From: the human T2T-CHM13v2.0 reference genome, Homo sapiens
Direction: 5' to 3' (one strand)
Length of the DNA: 64,000 nucleotides
Assembly (NCBI RefSeq): GCF_009914755.1
Contig: NC_060925.1
Shown piece by piece: positions 12,471 to 26,900 of the stretch. The notes under the pieces are model-generated. The model saw nothing but the letters and a program-made list of their open reading frames with translations, ran no database searches and was not told the DNA's origin. The translations under genes and the position numbers were made by a program. Position 1 is the stretch's first letter; the number at the start of each line of letters is the position of its first letter.

Positions 12471-13771
12471 CTCTACAACCAAAGCCAGGCAATGGCCCCA
12501 CAAGAAAACTAATAACTAATATGCCTCATAATAATAGACTGCAAAATTTTTATCCAAAAAATTAGCAAATAGACTAAATCCTTTAAAATATTGAAAGGAT
12601 TATACACTATGACTAAGTAGAATTCATCCCAAGGATGCAACATTGGTTTCATATCCAAAAATCAACTAATATAACACACCATACTACTATAGAAGAGTAT
12701 TAAAATAATAAGACCATTTCAACAAATGGAGAAAAAGCACAGCACTACACAAATTCAACACTCATTCATAATATAGTTCTTGATATACTATGAGTAGAAG
12801 GCAATTTCCTCAAACTGTATATGTGGGCTACAGCTAACATCATACATTAAGGGGAAAAAAATAATCTGCCCCCAAAGATCAGGAACAAAACAAGAATGTT
12901 GACTCTTGCTATTAATATTAGAATGGAGGTTATAACTAGTGCCATGGAGAGGGGAGAGGGGAGAGAGAGAGAGACAGAGAGACAGAGAGAGAGAAAGGGG
13001 GAAATGTAAATTGGAAAGAAAAAAGTAAAAATGTTCCTATTCACAGATGATGTGATCCTATATTTGGAAGACCTCAGGAATCTACAGAAAAAGTACGGAG
13101 ACTAATAAGCAAGTTTATAAAGGACATAGAATCTAAGAGCAATATATGAAATTCTATTGTAGTCCTGTATATTAGCAATAAAACATTGGGAATTAAAATG
13201 AAGAAAAATTCAATTCATAACAGTATCCAAAAAATTAAAAATAAAGTTAATTTAAAAAGTACAAGACTTGTACAATGCAAGCTATAAAAAAAATGGCTTT
13301 GGAGAAATTAAGATCCAAATAAACAGGACTGAAGAACCAGTATAGTCTCAATATCAATTTTCCCCTAAGTTCATGTGTAACTTTAATTCAATCCCTATCA
13401 AAATGCCAACAGGGTTTTTATAGGAATTGACAAGTTGATATTAAACTTTATATATATTAAAATAATCTATAATAGCAAATAGCAAAAAATTTTAAAAATA
13501 ATAATAATCATGGGAAACTTATATTATTTTATTTCAAAACTTAGTATAAAGCCACAGTAACCAAATATTTCAGTGATGATACAAGGATAGGCATATAGAT
13601 CAATAGAACATATCTGAGAGTTGAAAAATAAATTCTCATCTATATAATCAATTTGTCTTCCACAAAGATGTGAAATCAGTTAAAAGAGGAAAGAATAGTC
13701 TTTCCAAGAAATGGTGCCAGACAACTGTGCATCAAGATGCAAGACAATAACAATTATTATTATACCCATAT

Positions 13772-13968
13772 TGTAGTAGGTAGAATAATCAGCCCCACAA
13801 AAGTCCACGTTCTAATCCCTGAAACTGGTGAATATATCTTACACAATACCAAACGTTTTTTGCAGGTGTGATTACAGTAAGACCATAACATCAAAAGATT
13901 ATCCTGGATTATCCAGGTAAGCTCATTGCAATCACAAATGTCCTTAAAACAAAGAGGTAGAGGTGTGT

Positions 13969-14010
<42 letters not shown>

Positions 14011-14281
14011 AGAGAGAGACAGATTTTAAGATGCTATTCTTGTGCCTTTGAAGAGAAAAGACCCATGAGTCAAAGAATGCAGTCGGCCTCTAGATGATGG
14101 AAAAAGGCAAGAAAATGTATTCTCCCATTGATCCTCCAGAAGAAATGTGATCCTATAATTTTATATTATCATTGTAATACCCATTTCAAACTCTTATATC
14201 AAAAAATATAAGATAAAAAAATGCATGTTGTTTTAAAGCACTATGTGATATGTAATATACCAGCAACAGGAAATGAATACA
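13772..14281 (+). mobile_element. MLT1D LTR
   Basis: TGTAGTAGGTAGAATAAT...GTCCACGTTCTAATCCCTGAAAC...GATTATCCTGGATTATCCAGG...CAGCAACAGGAAATGAATACA. Confidence 0.85.
13963..14019. repeat. (GT)n(AG)n compound microsatellite
   Basis: Visible directly in sequence. Confidence 0.95.
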
Positions 14282-15019
14282 TTTACAAGATACAGAAAAA
14301 TTAACTAAAATGGACTACACACCTAACATAAGAGCTACACAATATTAAAAAGGAAATACACAGGAGACTATCATTGTGATACTACCTTGGGCAAAGTGTT
14401 TTAGCTGTGGCACCAAAAAGAATCCGTAAAAAAAGTAATAACTGGATTTCACCAAAGCTTAAGACATCTCTTCAAAAGACAGTACTATGAGGAGATAGAA
14501 GTATAAAGACAGAGTATTTTTTAAATAACCTAATAAAAATAATGGAATTAAAAAGAACAACTTAATTGAAAAACAAAAATCACTGGAAAGTATCAACAGC
14601 AAGCCAGGCAAAAGAAAGCCACAGCAAATTTAAAGATGGGTCAACTGAAATCTCCAATCTAGCAACAGAGAAAAAAAATGAAAAAAATTTAATAGAGCCA
14701 CAGAAATCTTTGGGAAACCATCAAGCACATCAACATGCACATACTGGCAATCTCAGAAGGAGAGGAAATAAAGAAAAAAGGGAAAAGAATATTTAACGAA
14801 ATACTGCCTGAAAACTTCCCAAATTTGATGAAAACATTAGTATACACATCAAAGAAATTCAAAGCCCAGTAGAATAAACTTAGAGATCCTTAGACACATT
14901 ATAATCAAACACTTGAAAGACAAAGACAAAGAAAGGCTCTTGAAAAAAAGCAAGAGAAGAGTGACTCGTCATTAACAAGAAATCCTCAGCAAGAGTAACC
15001 TCTAATTTCTTTTCTTTTT

Positions 15020-16365
15020 TGTCTTAAAAAATTTAAGAAGATTGGAATTACATCAAGTATTTTTTACAACCACAATGATACAAAATTATAAATCAATAAC
15101 AAAAGAAATTTCAGAAAATTCAAAAATCCATGGAAATTAAAAAACCTGCCCTATATAACAAATGGATCAATTGAAAAACTAAAAGGGAAATTTCAAAACA
15201 TGTTTAGACAAACAAAAATTAAAACACAGCATACTAAACCTTTGGGATGCAGCAAAAGTAGTGTCGACATCAACCTTGACAATGAATTTTTGGCTAAGTC
15301 CCCAAAAGGAACTGCAACTAAAACTAAAAGAGACAAGTGGGACCTAATTAAACTAAAGAGTTTCTGCACAGCAAAATAAACTATCAACAGAGCAAACAGA
15401 CAACCTATAGAATGGGAGAAGATACTTGCAAACTATGCATCTGACAATGGTGTAACTTCCCAAATCTATAGGAATCTTACATCAACAAGGGAAAAAAAAA
15501 AACTTCATTAAGAAATGGGCAAAGGACATGAACAGACAGTTCTCAAGAGAACACATAAAAATGGCCAACCAACATAGGTAAAAATTAACAACATAACTAC
15601 TCATCAAAGAAATGCAAATCAAAACCACTATGAGATACCATCTGACACCAGTCAGACAATTTGACATTTTAACAATGGCTATTAAAAAGTTTAAAAAAAA
15701 AACATGATGGCAAAGCAAAGCTGCAGAGAAAAGGGATAGCTTATATGCTGTTGGTGAAAATGTAAATTAGTCCAGCCACTATGGAAACCAGTCTGGAGAT
15801 TTCTCAAAGAATTTAAAAAAGAGCTACCATTCAATATATCAATTTCATTCCTGGGTATATACTCAAAACGAAATAAATCATTCTACCAAAAAGAAACATG
15901 CACTTATATGCTTGTTGCTGCACTATTCAAATAGCAAAGATATGGAATCCACCCAGATGCCCATCAATGCTAGATTGGATAAAGAAAATGCGGTACATAT
16001 ATACCATGAAACACTACTCAGAAATAAAAAAAATAAAATCATGTCCTTTGCAGCAACATGGATGCAGCTGGAGGCCATTATCCTAAGTGAACTAACACAG
16101 AAACAGAAACCAAAAACAGTATTTTTCACTTATAAGTGGTAGCTAAACATTGGGTACGCATGGACATAAAGATGGGAAAATAGATACTGGAGACTACTAG
16201 AGGTGGGAGAGAGAGACAGGGGCAAGAGCTGAAAAACTAAGAACCAGGTTCTGTGGTCATTGGTGATGGGTGATGGGATCCAAACTTCAAACTTCAGCAC
16301 CATACAATATTCCCAGATAACAAATCTGTATGTGTACTCCTGCATATAAAATAAAAGTTGATATT
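15020..16365 (+). mobile_element. L1PA15-16/L1PB-type 3' fragment preceded by a non-contiguous ORF2 piece (15020-15263)
   Basis: ORF2 C-terminus (IMSFAATWMQLEAIIL) and 3'UTR TAAATAAAAGTTGA. Confidence 0.8.
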
Positions 16366-16518
16366 TGTAACAAAATCCTAGTAATTCCTTATCGGAAATC
16401 ATGAAAACCAGAAGGCAGTAGGATGACATATTCAGAGTGCTGAAAGAAAAGACTTTCAACTCAGAATTCCATTAGCAAAACTTACCATCAAAACTTTTTT
16501 ATAAAAAAAGATAGTCTT

Positions 16519-17619
16519 AGATGGCCGAATAGGAATAGCTCCACTCTATAGCTCCCAGCATGAGCAACACAGAAGACGAATGATTTCTGCATTTCCAACT
16601 GAGGTACCGGGTTCATCTCACTAGGGACTGTTGGTCAGTGGGTGCAGGACAGTGGGTGCAGTGCACCGAGCGTGAGCATTTCCAACTGAGGTACCAGGTT
16701 CATTTCACTAGGGACTGTTGGTCAGTGTGTGCAGGACAGTGGGTGCAGCGCACCAAGTATGAGCCGAAGCAGGGCGAGGAATCCCCTCACCCGGGAAGAG
16801 AAAGGGATTAGGGAATTCCCTTTCCTAGCCAAGGACAGCGGTGACTGAAGGCACCTGGAAAATTGGGTCACTCCCACCCTAACACTGAGCTTTTCCAACA
16901 GTCTTACTAAATGGCACACAAGGAGATTGTATCCCGTGCCTGGATCGGGGGTCCTACGCCCACGGAGCCCCGCTCATTGCTAGCACAGCAGTCTGAGATC
17001 AAACTGCAAGTCAGCAGCAAGGCTGGGGGAGGGGCGCTCACCATTGCCCAGGCTTGAGCAGGTAAACAAAATGGCCAGGAAGCTCAAACTGGGTGGAGCC
17101 CACCGCAGCTCAAGGAGGCCTCCCTGCCTCTGTAGACTACACCTCTGGGGGCAGGGCATAGCCAAACAAAAGGCAGCAGAAACCTCTGCAGACTTAAATG
17201 TCCCTGTCTGACAGCTTTGAAGAGCGTAGCTATTCTCCCAGCATGCAGCTAGAGATGTGAGAAAGGACAGACTGCCTCCTCAAGTGGGTCCTTGACCCCC
17301 AAGTAGCCTAACTGGGAGGCACCCCCCAGTAGGGGCAGACTGACACCTCACACGGCCGGGTACTCCTCTGAGACAAAACTTCCAGAGGAACGATCAGGCA
17401 GCAACATTTGCTGTTCACCAATATCTGCTGTTCTGCAGCCTCTGCTGCTCATACCCAGGCAAACAGGGTCTGGAGTGGACCTCTGGCAAATTCCAACAGA
17501 CTTGCAGCTGAGGGTCCTGACTGTTAGAAGGAAAACTAACAAACAGAAAGGACATCGATACCAAAACCTCATCTGTACGTCACCATCATCAAAGACCAAA
17601 GGTAGATAAAACCACAAAG
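16519..17619 (+). promoter_or_regulatory. L1 5'UTR internal sense/antisense promoter, with an 87 bp tandem duplication (16589-16675 / 16676-16762)
   Basis: Homology to the L1PA 5'UTR; CpGs partly decayed; activity not inferable from sequence. Confidence 0.75.
16907..17044 (-). pseudogene. L1 ORF0 homolog, frameshifted (45 aa)
   Basis: Translates MVSAPPPALLLTCSLISDCCASNERGSVGVGP, then shifts frame and stops. Confidence 0.7.
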
Positions 17620-18633
17620 ATGGGGAAAAAACAGAGCAGAAAAACTAAAAAGTCTGAAAATCAGAGCGCCTCTCCTCCTCCAAAGGAACGCAGTTCCTCA
17701 CCAACAATGGAACAAAGCTGGATGGAGAATGACTTTGACGAGTTGAGAGAAGAAGGCTTCAGACGATCAAACTACTCTGAGCTAAAGGAGGAAGTTCAAA
17801 CCCATGGCAAAGAAGTTAAAAACCTTGAAAAACGATGAGAAGAATGGCTAACTAGAATAAGCAATACAGAGAAGTCCTTAAAGGACCTGATGGAGCTGAA
17901 AACCATGGCACGAGAACTACATGAGGAATGCACAAGCCTCAGTAGCTGATTCGATCAACTGGAAGAAATGGTATCAGTGATGGAAGATCAAATGAATGAA
18001 ATGAAGAGAGAAGAGAAGTTTAGAGAAAAAAGAATAAAAAGAAATGAACAAAGCCTCCAAGAAATATGGCACTATGTGAAAAGACCAAATCTACGTCTGA
18101 TTGGTGTACCTGAAAGTGACGGGGAGAATGGAAACAAGTTGGAAAACACTCTGCAGGATATTATCCAGGAGAACTTCCCCAATCTAGCAAGGCAGGCCAA
18201 CATTCAGATTCAGGAAATACTGAGAACGCCACAAAGATACTCCTCAAGAAGAGCAACTCCAAGACACATACTTGTCAGATTCACCAAAGTTGAAATGGAA
18301 AAAATGTTAAGGGCAGCCAGAGAGAAAGGTTGGGTTACCCACATAGGGAAGCCCATCAGACTAACAGCGGATCTCTCGGCAGAAACTCTACAAGCCAGAA
18401 GAGAGTGGGGGCCAATATTCAACATTCTTAAAGAAAAGAATTTTCAACCCAGAATTTCATAACCAGCCAAACTAAGCTTCATAAGTGAAGTAAAAATAAA
18501 ATCCTTCACAGACAAGCAAATGCTGAGAGATTTTGTCACCACCAGGCCTGCCCTACAAGAGCTCCTGAAGGAAGCACTAAACATGGAAAGGAACAACCAG
18601 TACCGGCCACCGCAAAAACATGTCGAATTCTAA
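17620..18633 (+). pseudogene. L1 ORF1p (RNA-binding/chaperone), premature stops
   Basis: MGKKQSRK...; RPNLRLIGVPE; ARREWGPIF; stops at 17836 and 18460 among others. Confidence 0.95.
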
Positions 18634-18696
18634 AGACCATTGAGGCTAGGAAGAAACTGCATCAACTAACAAGCAAAATAACCAGCTAACATCATC

Positions 18697-22521
<3,825 letters not shown>

Positions 22522-22777
22522 ACAATGAGAACACATGGACACAGGAAGGGGAACATCACACACCAGGACCTATTGTGGGGTGGGGGGAGGGGGGAGGGAT
22601 AGCATTAGGAGATATACCTAATGTTAAATGACGAGTTAGTGGGTGCAGCACACCAGCATGGCACATGTATACATATGTAACAAATCTGCACGTTGTGCAC
22701 ATGTACCCTAAAACTTAAAGTATAATAAAAAAAAAAGATAGTCTTAGATAAAAACACTAACATAATTTCTCACTAGC

Positions 22778-23184
22778 TGATAACATTTGGCTCTGTATCA
22801 CCACCAAACTCCTAAATGTTAGAGGTGGCATGTGGATTGGAGGTGGTTGGATCATGAGAGCAGTTTCTCATAAATGGTTTAGCACCATCTCCTTGATGTT
22901 GTTCTCATGATAGTGAGTGAATTCCCATGAGATCTAGTTGTTGAAAATTGTATATCATCTCCACCCTCTCTCTCTCTCTCTTGCTCCTGCTCCCACCATG
23001 TGAGATGCCTTGCTCCCCATTTGCCTTTTGCCATGATTGGAAACTTTCTGATTCCTCTCCAGAAGGAGAAGCCGCTATGCTTCCTGTACTGCTTGCATAA
23101 CTGTAAACCAATTAGACCTCTTTTCTTTGTAAATTAAACAGTCTCAAGTATTTCTTTATAGCAATGCAACAATAGACCAATACA
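22778..23184 (+). mobile_element. MSTA-type MaLR solo LTR
   Basis: TGATA...AATGGTTTAGCACCATC...AATACA; perfect 5 bp TSD CTAGC. Confidence 0.9.
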
Positions 23185-23907
23185 CTAGCAAATCAAACCT
23201 ACAAAAAATACTAAAGGGATTCCTTCCTTCACAGTGAAATGAAAGGACCCTATATATTAATAGTAACTTGAATGCCGAAGAAGAAATACAGAGCATCAGC
23301 AAAAAGAATGATATAATATGAAAAAAGTATAAACCTATTTTTGTTTGTAACTTTTTTCTTCTGATTTAAAAGATAACTACAAAAAGCAGTAAGTATAAAT
23401 TTACATTTATGAGCATACAATGCATTAAGATATAATTATATAACAATAAGAAGCCAAATAAGGCAGAGAAGAAAGCTATATAGAAACAAATTTTTGTATA
23501 CTGTTAAAACTTAAGTTGCTATTAATTTGAACTGTATTTTATCTGTTAAGGTTAATCCTCAGAGCTAACAGAAGAAAATAACTCAAAAATAGTAAAATAA
23601 ATTTTAAAAATAATTTAAATGGTACACTAGACTGTTTCTAATAGTATGATAGTAGTGAAGAAATAGAGAAACAAAAGACATAAGATATACAGAACACAAA
23701 TAATAAAATGACGAGATATAAATTCTACTTCATCATTCATTAAATTAAATGTAAATGGATTAAGCACTCCAATTAAAAGGCATAAATGGAAAAATGGATT
23801 AAAAACATGACCCAACACTTCAGATTCAAAGACAGAAGCAGAGCTCAAGTAAAAAATGCAAAGAGAATATATCACACAAACACCCAAAAGAGACTATAAT
23901 GGGTATA

Positions 23908-24242
23908 CAGTAGTTCTCCTTTATCTGATTGTTTCACGTTCCATAGTTTACCTATGGTCAACCATGGTCCAAAAAAAGATGAGAACAGTACACTAAGCTA
24001 TTTTGAGACAGAGAGAGATACCACAATCACACAACTTTTATTATATTATTACAATTATTCTATTTTATTATTAGTTATTGTTCTTAATCTCTTACTGTGA
24101 CAAATGTAAGGGTTAAATTTTCTTGTAAGTCTATATGTATAAGAGAAAAACATAGTATATATAGTGTTCAGAATTATCCAAGGTTGGAGGCATCCACTGA
24201 AGGTCTTCAAACATATCCCCAACAGATAAGAGAAGACCACTC
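23908..24242 (+). mobile_element. MER44A (Tigger-derived MITE)
   Basis: TIR-like ends CAGTAGTTCTCCTTTATCTG / CAGATAAGAGAAGACCACTC; TA on both flanks. Confidence 0.85.
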
Positions 24243-26605
24243 TATTAATATCAGACAAAACAGACTTTAAGACAAAATATATTACTAGAAAAAAAGGACA
24301 TTTATGATGTCAATCCATCAGGAAAATACAATAAATATTATAAATGGTCAATCCATCAGGAAAATACAATAAATAAAAATATATGCCCATATCAAGAAAG
24401 TCCCAAAATATATCACACAAAAACTGTCAGAACTGAAAAGATAGAAAATTTAACAATAATTGAGACTTCAATATGTTGCCTATAATAATTGACAGAAGCA
24501 AAAAAAATCAAAAGAAAAATAGAAGACAGAAACAACAAAAAAACCCAACTAGACTTAACAGAAAACTACAGAACACTGTACCCCAAAACAGGAGAACACA
24601 CAATCAGTTCAGATGAACACAAAACATTCTCCAGGACAGACCAGAAATTATGCATAATTAAATCTTAGTAAATTTCAAAGTTTTGAAATAATACACCTCA
24701 GACATAGTCATCCAGTATCACCCAAGAAGCTATTAATTTGTTCATTCAATTAATTATTTAATTTTATTAGACACACAGTTTATTCATCAGTATAGCCTCA
24801 GCGTCTCTGCTTGTATGCCATCAACACTTCCAGAAGAATGCATTCCTGAACACTGTGCTCATTAGACAAGTATTATTTTACATTATTTAATTACGTTGAA
24901 CTGAATTTTGCCTCTACACATTGGCATGAATTACGCTTTCTGAATTCATTACAGATAAAGTAGAAAGATTTTACTACTGCTTCCACATGATAAAACTCTA
25001 AATATTTAATGATAACCATCATATTCATATCTCCAACTCCTTCAACTACTCAACAAATGTTTTGTTCTCATACATCCTCTTCTGCATAAGTGGTCTACTT
25101 TATCAATGTCTGGTGCCAAAAACTACACTTATTGTAGATCTGAACAACATAGTATCCTGATCCTTGGTTTACAAAGGTTTCCATGAATGGCTTTTTACAT
25201 CCCTATGTGATAGGTCTTTTATTTTTATATTTAGAATTCACTTCAATCTCCCAAGTAGCACCATGACATTGTGTGGGAAGGCAGGTAAAAGAATCAGATC
25301 TTTGATGATGTGCTAAGACGAATTTTGAATATTTTGAACTGTAACTTGTCTAGGTAAGCCAATGGCTAATACAATCCTTATATATCTTATAGATAAAAGA
25401 AAATCAATTCTTACTAGATCCTTTGGACTAGAAACATACTTGATTCTAAACCAAGCCAGTTATAAGGAAGTGATATATTTCCAAAGACTCTCCTAGCTCC
25501 AACAATTAATTGTCTGTAGCTGAGATTGTAAAAGTTGTGTAATATATTGATGATAAACCAAAGGATATGTTAGAGAAACATTATCTATGAGTTTATCATG
25601 CCCATAAGATACTTACAAGTAGGAGCAAGCACAATCCCCTGATAAAAGATAACAAGAAAACATTTCTAAAGTGAAAAAATACTCTGCTCACATATCTCAC
25701 AAATGTAGAAAACAGGTCAGCTATTGACATGGCTGACGCAAAAACCTAGCATCTTTGAGTTAGTCAAACCCACTTTATGCACACCCTTGACAGAATTATT
25801 CAAGGCCTTGATGATTCAGGAATAAATTAATATGATATTTTATTTTCACCTTCATATCAAGGACTTTTGCTTTATTCCTTTTCCACAAACTCCTCTAAAT
25901 AAAAGTACATCAGAACTGAGTTCTATGACTGTCCTTTGCTCATTGTTGACTCAGCTTTGCAAGTAGCATACCTAAATCTCCAGGACTTATTACAGCCCTA
26001 CCTCCACGAAATTTTCTCAGCAACATAGCGTAGTGAAAATAGAAGCAAAATTTCCTGACATTACCTATTAATGTTTTATGACTGTGGGATAAATATAACA
26101 TAAGAAATTCTGATGAACAAAGAGATAATAGTGCCTAATCCCACAAGAGCAATTGTGAGAATCTTCTGAGATTACAGGTTAAAACTATTTAATAATGTTG
26201 ACTTTTTTCCTTTCTTAAGTTTTTCCTAACCCAAAATGATCAACTGTATTTAATAGCATTTGATCTCTAAACTAATATTTGTCAACTAATCAGAGATCTT
26301 CTAAAATTTTTCATCTCTTTGTCCTTAGATTATTTTGCTCTAATTTTATTACTTAATTTTTTTACAAGATGAAGTCTTGTCTTCCCAACTAAATTGGAAA
26401 CTTACTGAGGATGGAGATATCGACTGATCTATCGACATATCTTTCACAGTTCCTAGAAGGCAGGCAAATGTTTACTATCATTTGATGCAAATACATTTCA
26501 AAAACTATTCAATTTGACACAATAAATTTATTTTTTATCTACAAAATGTTTAATAACAAACTGTATTTGACAGGGTTATCCAAAGAAACAGAACCAATAA
26601 AAGGA

Positions 26606-26609
26606 GTGT

Positions 26610-26646
<37 letters not shown>
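26606..26646. repeat. (GT)n microsatellite
   Basis: Visible directly in sequence. Confidence 0.95.
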
Positions 26647-26647
<1 letters not shown>

Positions 26648-26900
26648 ATGCAGACAAAGAAAGATTTATTTACTTTTTACTTTTTTAATTATACTTTAAG
26701 TTTTGGGATACATGTGCGGAATGTGCAGAACGTGCAAGTTTGTTACATAGGTATACATGTCCCACCGTGGTTTGCTGCACCCATCAAACCGTCATCTACA
26801 TTAGGTATTTCTCCTAATGCTATCCCTCCCCTTGCGCCCCACCCCCTGACAGGCTCCGGTGTGTGATGTTCCCCTCCCTGTGCCCATATGTTCTCGTTGT

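Larger units (their letters stand above)
10270..14490 (+). mobile_element. Old L1M (L1MC/MD-age): 5'UTR, ORF1 and partial ORF2, internally deleted and interrupted by LTRs
   Basis: ORF1-like sequence at 11070-12000 (GGAGGCCAGAAGGCAGTAGGATGACAT); ORF2 RT-like sequence at 12480-13770 (CTATTCACAGATGATGTGATC, FADD-equivalent). Confidence 0.75.

Noticed and set aside
22575-22598. G-quadruplex-forming tract
   Set aside because: Standard feature of the L1PA 3'UTR
25190-25207. Minus-strand HRDVKS resembling a kinase catalytic loop
   Set aside because: It lacks the conserved Asn (HRDxKxxN), hits a stop a few codons later, and has no other kinase motifs or convincing splice sites; chance match
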